Of a DNA stretch of 28,016 bases, positions 8,650 through 16,767 are shown piece after piece. Source of the DNA: a virus (Duplodnaviria; Caudoviricetes); IMG/VR virus record IMGVR_UViG_3300037851_000204, positions 1-28,016 of that record. The stretch is one strand, 5' to 3'. Both the position numbers and the translations under genes were made by a program. The notes under the pieces are model-generated. The model was not told the origin of the DNA and did not search any database. It saw only the letters and a list, made by a program, of their open reading frames with translations. Positions within the stretch are counted from its first letter, which is position 1. The number at the start of each line of letters is the position of its first letter.

Positions 8650-11600
8650 TGGCTTACCCAACGCTTCGTAGCCACACGGGTGGCACCACAACGGAAGATA
8701 CGACCCCATCTTTCTCTTATCCGTCGAGCATCAGCGCCGGTGACGACCTCATCCTTATTGGCTGTACCCAAGGGACTGGGCACTCTGCGACCCTCACGGA
8801 CAACTCTTGGTCCTTGATAGTGGGCACCCTGAGCCCAGGGTGGGGCTTTGCCCTGCGCAAGAGAGCCACCGGTTCAGAGTCAGGGACGTTCACTCCGCTC
8901 TCACTTGACCTATCCCGATCTGTTCATTACGTCTGTGTCGCGTCTGACAGCATCGGGGCCGTCTCGGTCGCGGCGACCGACGGATCCAGCGCAACGCCTG
9001 ACCCTCCATCCCTGACACATGGCGGGTTGGGGACCGATGTGCTGTGGATCGCGATGTTCGGTGCGAATGGTGCCAGCGGTGGAGCTACCCCTCCGACCAA
9101 CTACACGGAGTTGGGCGACTCGACGTACTCGTCATATGCGAGCCGCACCTATACCGGGGCGACCGAGAACCCGGGCACGTTCACAACGGCTAACTCGAAC
9201 TTCTGGTATGGGCTGACCATCGCCTTCCGTTCACGAGGCTCTGCTCCCTACGTCTCTGCAAGCACGACGTATGCGAACGCTGGGGACACGAGTCATGTCA
9301 TCCCGCTGCCGGGAACTGATGCCAGTGGCGACCTCCTCCTCATCGGCCTGAACAAGGACGACGACGTCGAGCCTAGCCTGCCCACCGACTGGACCTCGCT
9401 TGCCTCTGGAGCATCTGGGACTGCTATCTGGGGGCGGACCTACGCTCGTGTCTCGAATGGCTCTTTGGGTTCCACGGTCACCATCACCACCGACTCCGAG
9501 GCTGTCTCCGCTGCCATCTATCGCATCCCAGCCGCATGTTGGGCTGGAACCCTTTCGGACGTCGAGGCCGGGACACTTTCCACCTTCGAGTCGGGATCCA
9601 TCGCAGCTAACGCTAGTGTCACTGCTTCATGGGGGGCAGATGACAACCTGTTCCTCTACTTCGGTGGGTTCGATGGCGACTTCGATGACCCACCGGGCTA
9701 CTCGGGTCTACCCGATAACAAACTGTCGGCTGGGTTGAATGGAGGTTCTGGAGGGGCGCCCGTTGGTGCCGCCACCATTGAATCAGCGACCGCGAGCAGC
9801 CCAGACCATGACCTCATATGGACGACCGGGGAGATATGGGGGCTCTATGTCGTCGTCAAGCCCGCCTCTGGCACGACGACAATCACTGGCTCCTTCTCGG
9901 CGAACAGCGTCATCAAGAAGACGGGCCAGTCAGGCTCCTTCTCAGCGAACGCGGTCGTGAAGCGGACGATGCCGGTCAGCACGTTCTCCATCGATGCCAT
10001 CCCTCGCAGGACGACCGCCTCATCGCTCTCTGCGGCTGCGGTCGCCAAGAGGGCGATGCCAGGTTCGCTTGCTGCCGATGCGGTCATCTCCAGGCAGCGG
10101 ACCGGTTCGCTTGTCGCTGACGCCATCGTCCGCAAGACGGCTCTGCCTTCGTTCACCGCCGAGGCATGGGTCAGCAGTGGGATAGTGACCCACGAGGGTG
10201 ACTTCTCATCCGACGCTGTCTTCATCGACTGGGGCGTCTGGTCCGAGGTCTTCTCGAACATCGTCTCCGGGGCGACGGTCGTCCAGGGTTCCTTCTCAGT
10301 CGCAGCAGTAATCGAACGTCAGGTAGGGGCCACCTTCAGCGTAGACGCGGTCCAGCGTCGGACCGTGCCATCGAGCTTCAGCGCAGATGGTGCCATCCGG
10401 GCCACGGTAAACGCGAACATCTCCGCAAACGCTGCCGTCAAGAAGACGCAACTCGGCACGTTCACTGCTGTCGCCATCACCAGGGTCGGGCAGGTACAGC
10501 AGTTCTCCGTTGATGCGGTAGTACGAGCCGTACGGGGGCAGACATTCACGGCTCAGGCCATCTTCCTGGCTCATCGCTCAGGTTCCCTGACGGCCAGTGC
10601 CGTCATCCGTGCGCCGCACTACGAAGCCATAGGGGTCGATGCGCTTGTTCGCCGTGTAACGGCCAATGACTTTGATGCCCGGGCCATCATCTTCCGGGGT
10701 GGGCTCGTCGGGCAGTTCAGCATCAACGCCCGGTTCCACACCCTCTTCCGTGTCGATGCTGTCGTCCTCGCCCATCAGACGTCCTCCTTCACTGCTGCGG
10801 CTCGCATCATGCCCGTGTTCCGGGCCGATGCCATCGTACGTCGTGCGGCCACAGGCTCATTCACCGCCAACGCGTGGGTCGAGGGCATCGGGATCGCGGC
10901 CTTCGACATCAACGCGGTCATCAAGAAGGCTGGGGTCGGTTCCATCCCAGTCAACGCGACAGTCAAGCGGAACCAGCCAGCGTCCTTCAGTGCGGACGGT
11001 ATCTACCTCAAGAGCCGCACGGATACGTTCACTGCGGCGTCTGTCTTCCTCCGCGTCCGTAGCGGAACGTGGACCGCTGACGCGGTCATCCGGGTCGTAC
11101 GTACGTCGCAGTTCTCTGCCTACGCGGTCAGCCGCAAGGTCCAGAGCGGCCAGGTCAGCGTCGATGCGGTCCTTCGCTCCGGGCGCCAGGCAAGCATGGA
11201 CGTACAGGCCATCCTCCGTCGCCCATATCTGGGTGACCTTACCCAGGATGCGGTGCTCAGGGCCGTACGTCAGGGCAGCTTCGTGGCCCAGGCGGACCTC
11301 AAGGCGTCCGTTACAGCACAGTTCGTCGCACAGGCACGCATCATGCCCCTCTTCCGGGCGGATGCCATCGTCCTCGCTCACCAGACGTCCTCCTTCTCCG
11401 TCGCCGCACGGATCATGCCCACGTTCCGCGTGGATGCTGTCATCCGGAGGGCGACGACTGGCTCATTCGGTGCTGATGCTTGGGTAGAGGGTGCTGGCCT
11501 TTCGGCGTTCGAGGTAGACGCCGTACTCAAGGGCCAGCGAACGGGCCAGTTCAGTGAAGACGCTGTCATACGCCGCAGTCAGCAGGGCACGCTGCAGGTC

Positions 11601-12923
11601 TCTTCGCTGATCCGAAAGACTGGCCAGGGCCAGTATCTCCTCGACGCCGTCGTGAATGCCGTACGCGTCAAGGATCTGGCGGCGGATGCTGTCGTACGGG
11701 CTGTCACTCAAGGGTCGCTCACCGCTGCCGCGATCACGAGAAAGACCGAGAGCAGGACCCTTGCTGTAGAGGCCGTTGTACGAAGAGTGGCCCAAGGGAC
11801 GCTCTCGGTCAGCGCCATCCTGAAGGCTCCCCAGAATGCCTCCGTTCAGGCATCAGCCATCATACTGCGGCGCCAGACCGGGTCGCTGACCGCCGACGCA
11901 TGGATCTACCTGCCGACGCAGGAGGCGACGTTCACCGCTGCCGCCATCATCAAGAAGGCAGCCACCGGGGCCTTCACCGCCAACGCATGGGTCGCAGGCC
12001 CTGGCGTCGGGGCGTTCACCGCCGACGCGGTCATCAAGCGTGCTGCGACCGGCTCCTTCTTGGCGGATGCGACCATCGGGGTCGGGCGTGCGGGTTCATT
12101 CACCCTTGACGCCTACTTCCAACGCACAGCATCGAACACATTCAGCACAGATGCTGTACTGCGCAGGACGTCATCTGGTACCGTAACAGCGGACGCGGTC
12201 CTCGAGAAGGCGTCCGTCGGTGCGTTCACTGCGAACGCATCCATCGCGAAGAGAGCACAGGCAGCATTCACCGCCGACGCGGTGATCCTCCGAACCCGAA
12301 CGGTCGGGCTTGGCGCAGACGCCGTGGTGCTTTCGCCGTCGACCGCGACATTCACCGCCTCGGCCTCCGTCAAGGCCACGACCCTCGGATCGTTCACGCT
12401 CGATGCCGTCGCCCAGAACGGCTTCACCATCGATGCGTACATCATCGCCAAGGGCGTCGGCTCATTCACGGTCGATGCCTCGCTCACGCCGCAGGTCCCC
12501 GAACACCTCGACTGGACCGACACGACTCGGTACATCGACTGGACGGATGCGACCCGGTTCATCTCGTGGACGAACACCACGAGGTCCCTCGACTGGACAA
12601 GGATGGGGTACATGGGCACCTTCGTCACAGGCGACACCGGGCCTGACATCACCGCGAACATCCACGAACTGCTCGACCCGACCGACCAGGAGTCGCTGGC
12701 CGGTGCCAGCGTCCGCTTCCAGATGCGCAAGGCGGACCAGAAGTACTACACCGTGGATGCGTCAGCGACCATCGTCGATGCGTCGACCGGGTCGGTGCTC
12801 TACGCATGGGCCGCGAACGATCTCAACGTGGCTGGCACCTACAAGGGCCAGTGGCAGATCACCTATCCTGGCGGCAAGGTCGTCACGACCGCTGAGAGGG
12901 ACATCGTCGTCCGCCGCCAGTAA
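8649..12923 (+). CDS. Fibre-like virion protein 2 (1424 aa): two tandem N-terminal head domains, ~60 x 14-aa repeat stalk, C-terminal BppU-like domain
   Basis: Head domains contain PSSISAGDDLILIG and PGTDASGDLLLIG. The stalk repeat matches that of fibre 1. The C-terminal GDTGPDI...LAGASVRFQM...DASTGSVLYAWAANDLNVAGTYKGQWQITYPGG resembles the BppU N-terminal domain. Confidence 0.72.
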   Translation: MAYPTLRSHTGGTTTEDTTPSFSYPSSISAGDDLILIGCTQGTGHSATLTDNSWSLIVGTLSPGWGFALRKRATGSESGTFTPLSLDLSRSVHYVCVASDSIGAVSVAATDGSSATPDPPSLTHGGLGTDVLWIAMFGANGASGGATPPTNYTELGDSTYSSYASRTYTGATENPGTFTTANSNFWYGLTIAFRSRGSAPYVSASTTYANAGDTSHVIPLPGTDASGDLLLIGLNKDDDVEPSLPTDWTSLASGASGTAIWGRTYARVSNGSLGSTVTITTDSEAVSAAIYRIPAACWAGTLSDVEAGTLSTFESGSIAANASVTASWGADDNLFLYFGGFDGDFDDPPGYSGLPDNKLSAGLNGGSGGAPVGAATIESATASSPDHDLIWTTGEIWGLYVVVKPASGTTTITGSFSANSVIKKTGQSGSFSANAVVKRTMPVSTFSIDAIPRRTTASSLSAAAVAKRAMPGSLAADAVISRQRTGSLVADAIVRKTALPSFTAEAWVSSGIVTHEGDFSSDAVFIDWGVWSEVFSNIVSGATVVQGSFSVAAVIERQVGATFSVDAVQRRTVPSSFSADGAIRATVNANISANAAVKKTQLGTFTAVAITRVGQVQQFSVDAVVRAVRGQTFTAQAIFLAHRSGSLTASAVIRAPHYEAIGVDALVRRVTANDFDARAIIFRGGLVGQFSINARFHTLFRVDAVVLAHQTSSFTAAARIMPVFRADAIVRRAATGSFTANAWVEGIGIAAFDINAVIKKAGVGSIPVNATVKRNQPASFSADGIYLKSRTDTFTAASVFLRVRSGTWTADAVIRVVRTSQFSAYAVSRKVQSGQVSVDAVLRSGRQASMDVQAILRRPYLGDLTQDAVLRAVRQGSFVAQADLKASVTAQFVAQARIMPLFRADAIVLAHQTSSFSVAARIMPTFRVDAVIRRATTGSFGADAWVEGAGLSAFEVDAVLKGQRTGQFSEDAVIRRSQQGTLQVSSLIRKTGQGQYLLDAVVNAVRVKDLAADAVVRAVTQGSLTAAAITRKTESRTLAVEAVVRRVAQGTLSVSAILKAPQNASVQASAIILRRQTGSLTADAWIYLPTQEATFTAAAIIKKAATGAFTANAWVAGPGVGAFTADAVIKRAATGSFLADATIGVGRAGSFTLDAYFQRTASNTFSTDAVLRRTSSGTVTADAVLEKASVGAFTANASIAKRAQAAFTADAVILRTRTVGLGADAVVLSPSTATFTASASVKATTLGSFTLDAVAQNGFTIDAYIIAKGVGSFTVDASLTPQVPEHLDWTDTTRYIDWTDATRFISWTNTTRSLDWTRMGYMGTFVTGDTGPDITANIHELLDPTDQESLAGASVRFQMRKADQKYYTVDASATIVDASTGSVLYAWAANDLNVAGTYKGQWQITYPGGKVVTTAERDIVVRRQ
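9875..12490 (+). repeat. Degenerate 14-aa tandem coding repeat, roughly 60 units
   Basis: Units such as AATGSFTANAWVEG, TSSGTVTADAVLEK and VRSGTWTADAVIRV. The count is estimated as length/42 nt. Confidence 0.88.
12510..12602 (+). repeat. 27-nt (9-aa) tandem repeat x3.4, [DS]WTxxTRx[IL]
   Basis: DWTDTTRYI / DWTDATRFI / SWTNTTRSL / DWTR, lying between the stalk and the BppU-like domain. Confidence 0.85.
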
Positions 12924-12952
12924 TCCTTCAGCCTCATCCCAAGGAGGGCTCG

Positions 12953-14257
12953 ATGGCCAAGGTCCTGTGGCTTGGCGACGCTGGTTGCCATACGGGGTTC
13001 GGACGTGTCACCCACTCCATCGGTGAACGTCTCGTCAGAGACTACGGACACGACATCCACGTGCTGGCGATCAACCACCGTGGGGACGACTTCCCCTCCA
13101 CCCTCGACCCGACCAAGAAGACACCGCTCTGGCTCTACCGCACGGACGTCTGGAAGAGCGGCGACTACTACGGGGACACCCGCATCATCGAGATGCTGGG
13201 CAAGGTCGAACCGGATGTCGTGGTCTTCTACAACGACCCGAACGTCATCCTGCGACAGTTGTTCGAGAACGCGTACGACCCGACCAGGATCCTGCTCCAG
13301 TACCGGCCCATCATCAGTTACGTCCCCTGCGACGGCACGAACCTGCCAGAGACATGGCAGCAGGTCCAGAAGGTCACCAACATGCTGGTGATGAGCGAGT
13401 ACGGCAAGTCGATGTACCCGTCCGCGAAGCTCGTCTACCACGGCGTGGATGCTGACCAGTTCTGGCCCGTCTCGGACGAACGGCCCATCACGACCTCCAC
13501 CGACATCGAGTGTCGGACCAAGGAGGACTGCAAGGAGGCGTTCGGCTTCGACCGGGAGGGATTCCTCATCCTGCGGGTGGACAAGAACTCCGGTCGCAAG
13601 GACTTCGCGGCCACGTTCAAGGCCCTCGTGCCGGTCATGAAGCGACACGAGGACATCCAGGTCCACTTCCACACCCAGTCCAGGCAGATGCAGTCCGGGG
13701 TGGACATCAACGTGCTCATCGGCCGGGAGCCTGGCATCTCCCCGAAGCGGTGGTTCCTCCCGGGGATGACCGACTCATGGATCGGCTGGTCACAGCAGGA
13801 CCTCAACGCTCTCTACAACGCGGCCGACCTCTTCGTGAGCACCAGCCGTGGAGAGGGGTACGGACTGACCCTCGTCGAGGCTCTGGCCTGCGGCGTACCG
13901 GTCATCGCACAGAACGTCAGTGCCATCCCCGAGGTCGTCGGACCAGGCGGCATGCTCCTCGAACCACAGCGACTGATCACCGTCCCCTCCGGGGAAGACC
14001 TCTGGCTGGCCGACATCGATGCGTTCAGCGACGCCATCGAGTACCTGTACTCGCACCCAGAGCGACGGCAGGAACTCTCCGAGGCCGGGGTCAGGCATGT
14101 GCACGACCTGTTCAGTTGGGATGAGGCTACGAAGCAGTTCGACCTCTATATCAGGGCTCTCGAGGAATCCGTCGACTCGGCGAGAGAGGCTCCGGTACCA
14201 GATGAAGGTAAGGCGAGCACCATGCACGCCGCCAGCGATGTGAAGGACACGCCATGA
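12953..14257 (+). CDS. Glycosyltransferase family 4 (GT-B fold)
   Basis: RBS AAGGAGG. Motifs KVLWLGD..TGFGRV, VYHGVD, RVDKNSGRKD and LYNAADLFVSTSRGEGYGLTLVEALACGVPVI (E-x7-E). Confidence 0.93.
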   Translation: MAKVLWLGDAGCHTGFGRVTHSIGERLVRDYGHDIHVLAINHRGDDFPSTLDPTKKTPLWLYRTDVWKSGDYYGDTRIIEMLGKVEPDVVVFYNDPNVILRQLFENAYDPTRILLQYRPIISYVPCDGTNLPETWQQVQKVTNMLVMSEYGKSMYPSAKLVYHGVDADQFWPVSDERPITTSTDIECRTKEDCKEAFGFDREGFLILRVDKNSGRKDFAATFKALVPVMKRHEDIQVHFHTQSRQMQSGVDINVLIGREPGISPKRWFLPGMTDSWIGWSQQDLNALYNAADLFVSTSRGEGYGLTLVEALACGVPVIAQNVSAIPEVVGPGGMLLEPQRLITVPSGEDLWLADIDAFSDAIEYLYSHPERRQELSEAGVRHVHDLFSWDEATKQFDLYIRALEESVDSAREAPVPDEGKASTMHAASDVKDTP

Positions 14258-15378
14258 CAGACATCGTGACGGCCGATGTGACACCGGCCCGCCAGTTCCA
14301 GATCTTCACCGGCATCCTGAAGGCCAAGGGCTCTCCCGAGGAAGGCATGAGCCTCAGTGGCGTCGCCTCGTCCTCCGTGAAGGACCTCCACGGTGACACC
14401 ATCCTCGAGACGGCCATCAGGGACATGGAGATGCAGGCCAAGCAGGGCCTGACCATCTTCCTCAACCACGAGTACAAGGTCCCCGAGGACGTGGCCGGTT
14501 CGACGACCGACGCACGCGTCGTCCAGCGAGGCACCGACAGCAAGGGCAGCCCGGTCTGGGACCTCGACCTCGACATCGACATCAACGACACCAACCCACG
14601 GGCTGTCGACGCCTGGCGTGCCATCAAGAAGAAGGGCACGAAGCTGGGCCTGTCCATCGGGGCCAACATCCCCGACGGAGGCTGGGAGCGTGACGACGAC
14701 GGCCACTACATCATCAGCCACGTCAACCTGCTGGAGACCTCCATCGTCGGCATCCCGGCGAACCCTCGCAGCTGGATCAGCATGGCCGTGAAATCCCTCG
14801 GCACGACCGAGTCGGTCCTCGAGGCAACGAACACCTACGTCGTGAAGGCCGAGGAACTCGAGGCAGCCCCACCGGCTGACGACCGAGACGAACTCGACAT
14901 GATCGAAGATGGCAGCCCCGAAGAGGTTGCCCCACCCACTGACGACCAGCCGGAAGCCGATGGCGATCCGGAGCCCGAGGAGTCCGAAGAGGACGAGCCG
15001 GGAGTCGTGCCCCTCGAAGGCGAGACTGCCGTCGTATCCGCAGCCATCTCTGCGCTCGAGAAGGTCGAAGGAGAGGTCACACTGACCCAACTCCAGATGG
15101 CCGTCGGGATCGCCCAGACGCTCGCAGAGCGTATCGGCGTCCTCCGGTTCGAGTATGACAAGGCGCTGCGGGCGAAGGAAGACGCTGAACGGGAGCGAGA
15201 TGAGGCGATCGCTGGGACTGGCCGGATCTTGGCCAGTGTCCGTGAACTCATCGACGAACTTGGCAACACCCCACTCGGCCGCAAGACGTCCATGAAGGGG
15301 CATGAGCGGAAGCTCTCGCACCTCGAGGGCACCTACGGCGTCGAGTTCATGAGAATGTTGGAGAAAACCGATGACTGA
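14254..15378 (+). CDS. HK97-type prohead protease with acidic linker and C-terminal coiled-coil (probable scaffold fusion)
   Basis: SGVASSSVKDLHGD, IFLNH (His), GLSIG (Ser) and LLETSIVGIPANP, followed by a D/E/P-rich linker and a helical tail. Lies directly upstream of the capsid gene. Confidence 0.88.
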   Translation: MTDIVTADVTPARQFQIFTGILKAKGSPEEGMSLSGVASSSVKDLHGDTILETAIRDMEMQAKQGLTIFLNHEYKVPEDVAGSTTDARVVQRGTDSKGSPVWDLDLDIDINDTNPRAVDAWRAIKKKGTKLGLSIGANIPDGGWERDDDGHYIISHVNLLETSIVGIPANPRSWISMAVKSLGTTESVLEATNTYVVKAEELEAAPPADDRDELDMIEDGSPEEVAPPTDDQPEADGDPEPEESEEDEPGVVPLEGETAVVSAAISALEKVEGEVTLTQLQMAVGIAQTLAERIGVLRFEYDKALRAKEDAERERDEAIAGTGRILASVRELIDELGNTPLGRKTSMKGHERKLSHLEGTYGVEFMRMLEKTDD

Positions 15379-16699
15379 CGAAGTGACCCTTCAGTCGCTC
15401 GAGAAGTCCCTTGAACAGCTCAAGGAGATGGTCGGGCGGCAGGCAGAGGTCCCGGCAGGTCTTCCGATCGCACAGACGCAGGGAGTGGAGGCCCAGGCGA
15501 CCCCTGAGACGTCTCGCTCCGTGATGTCGCCTCTCGACGTCTTCGAGATGCGGAAGATGCTGTCCACCAAGACCTCGGCCGAACTGCAGGCGATGTTCGC
15601 CATGCAGGCATTCAAGCGAGGCCAGGGTATCCCCCTCGAGGCCTGGCTCATGAGCGGTGGCTCCCCCCGGGCCAACGCCTATGACAACATGGTCAACACG
15701 AACCTGGACCCGCAGGTCCAGAAGCTCCTCGACACCGCTGGTGGCGCTGCCCTCATCCGGCAGGACCTCGAACCGGTCTTGTACGAGCTGTACATCCGCG
15801 AGTTCCCCGCGTGGGGACGGATGCCCAAGGAGCCCGCGAACGGCTTGGTGCACACGTACCAGCAGATCACGTCCTTCGGCGGCGCCGTCTTCATGGGTGA
15901 ACTGGGGACCGTCACGGACGACGAGAGCACGTACGTCCGCCAGACCACGAACGTCGCCATCGTGGCGACCCGGCGTGGTGTGACGCTGAAGAGCCAGTTC
16001 GCTGCTCTCCAGTCCGGCTCCGGTTTCAACCCCGAGAACCTCGAACTCCAGGGTGGCCTGCGTGCGATCTCGAAGAAGATGCAGGACCAGATCTTCTCTG
16101 GTCACAGCACCGACTCCGGTGGCACGGCTGCCAACGAACTCGGCCTCTACGACGCCAACGCGTTCACCGGCCTCCGGGCCCTCCTGAACTCGGCCCGCGT
16201 CAAGAACGTCGACCCGGCCACGAACCCCACGACCACAGGCTCCCTGCGGCGTGCCATCTCCCAGGCTGCCATCGAGATCATGCAGCAGGGCGGCGGGCGT
16301 CCCAGCATCGTCTGGGGCAACCCGTGGGACATCGAGACCTTCGGCGAGCAGCAGGAAGACAAGCAGCGATGGCCCGGTCAGACCGTGAACATCGCCCCAG
16401 GCGTCGAGGTCGACGGTGTCATGACCCCGTTCGGCCGTCTGGGCTTCGGCCCGGTGCCCGGTGACTCCATCGGCTCGTACGTGGCCTCCACGTACAGCGG
16501 GAACACCGTGCGTGACATGTACCTCCTGGACGAGTCGTCCATCAGCATGCCCTACCTCGGCTCCGAGGGCCCCACGGTCCTTGAGATCCCGATGGGCATC
16601 GCCGGTCAGCTCAACAGGCTGTACATCATCTTCGGGATGTGGGGTCTCGCCGTGAAGGCGCCCATCTTCTCGAACAAGATCCGGATCAAGGTCGCCTAA
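15371..16699 (+). CDS. Major capsid protein (HK97 fold), probably with a ~120-aa N-terminal leader
   Basis: Follows the protease; 442 aa with very strong codon bias. Motifs GGAALIRQDLEP, FMGELG, KMQDQIFSG...NAFTGL, TPFGRL and terminal GLAVKAP. A strong hairpin follows. Confidence 0.88.
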   Translation: MTDEVTLQSLEKSLEQLKEMVGRQAEVPAGLPIAQTQGVEAQATPETSRSVMSPLDVFEMRKMLSTKTSAELQAMFAMQAFKRGQGIPLEAWLMSGGSPRANAYDNMVNTNLDPQVQKLLDTAGGAALIRQDLEPVLYELYIREFPAWGRMPKEPANGLVHTYQQITSFGGAVFMGELGTVTDDESTYVRQTTNVAIVATRRGVTLKSQFAALQSGSGFNPENLELQGGLRAISKKMQDQIFSGHSTDSGGTAANELGLYDANAFTGLRALLNSARVKNVDPATNPTTTGSLRRAISQAAIEIMQQGGGRPSIVWGNPWDIETFGEQQEDKQRWPGQTVNIAPGVEVDGVMTPFGRLGFGPVPGDSIGSYVASTYSGNTVRDMYLLDESSISMPYLGSEGPTVLEIPMGIAGQLNRLYIIFGMWGLAVKAPIFSNKIRIKVA

Positions 16700-16710
16700 G
16701 ACTTTCCCGG

Positions 16711-16750
16711 GCGGGAGGGAGCCATGCCTCCCCCTCTGGCTCCCTCCCGC
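16711..16750 (+). terminator. 14-bp perfect stem-loop after the capsid gene (terminator or mRNA stabiliser)
   Basis: GCGGGAGGGAGCCA (16711-16724) pairs with TGGCTCCCTCCCGC (16737-16750) around a 12-nt C-rich loop. No U-tract. Confidence 0.7.
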
Positions 16751-16767
16751 ATCCATCTGGAGAGACC

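Noticed and set aside
7300-12602. Tandem repeats as a CRISPR array or a DGR template/variable repeat pair
   Set aside because: The repeats are in-frame, degenerate at synonymous sites and lack spacers. Differences are not adenine-specific, and no cas or reverse transcriptase gene is in the window.
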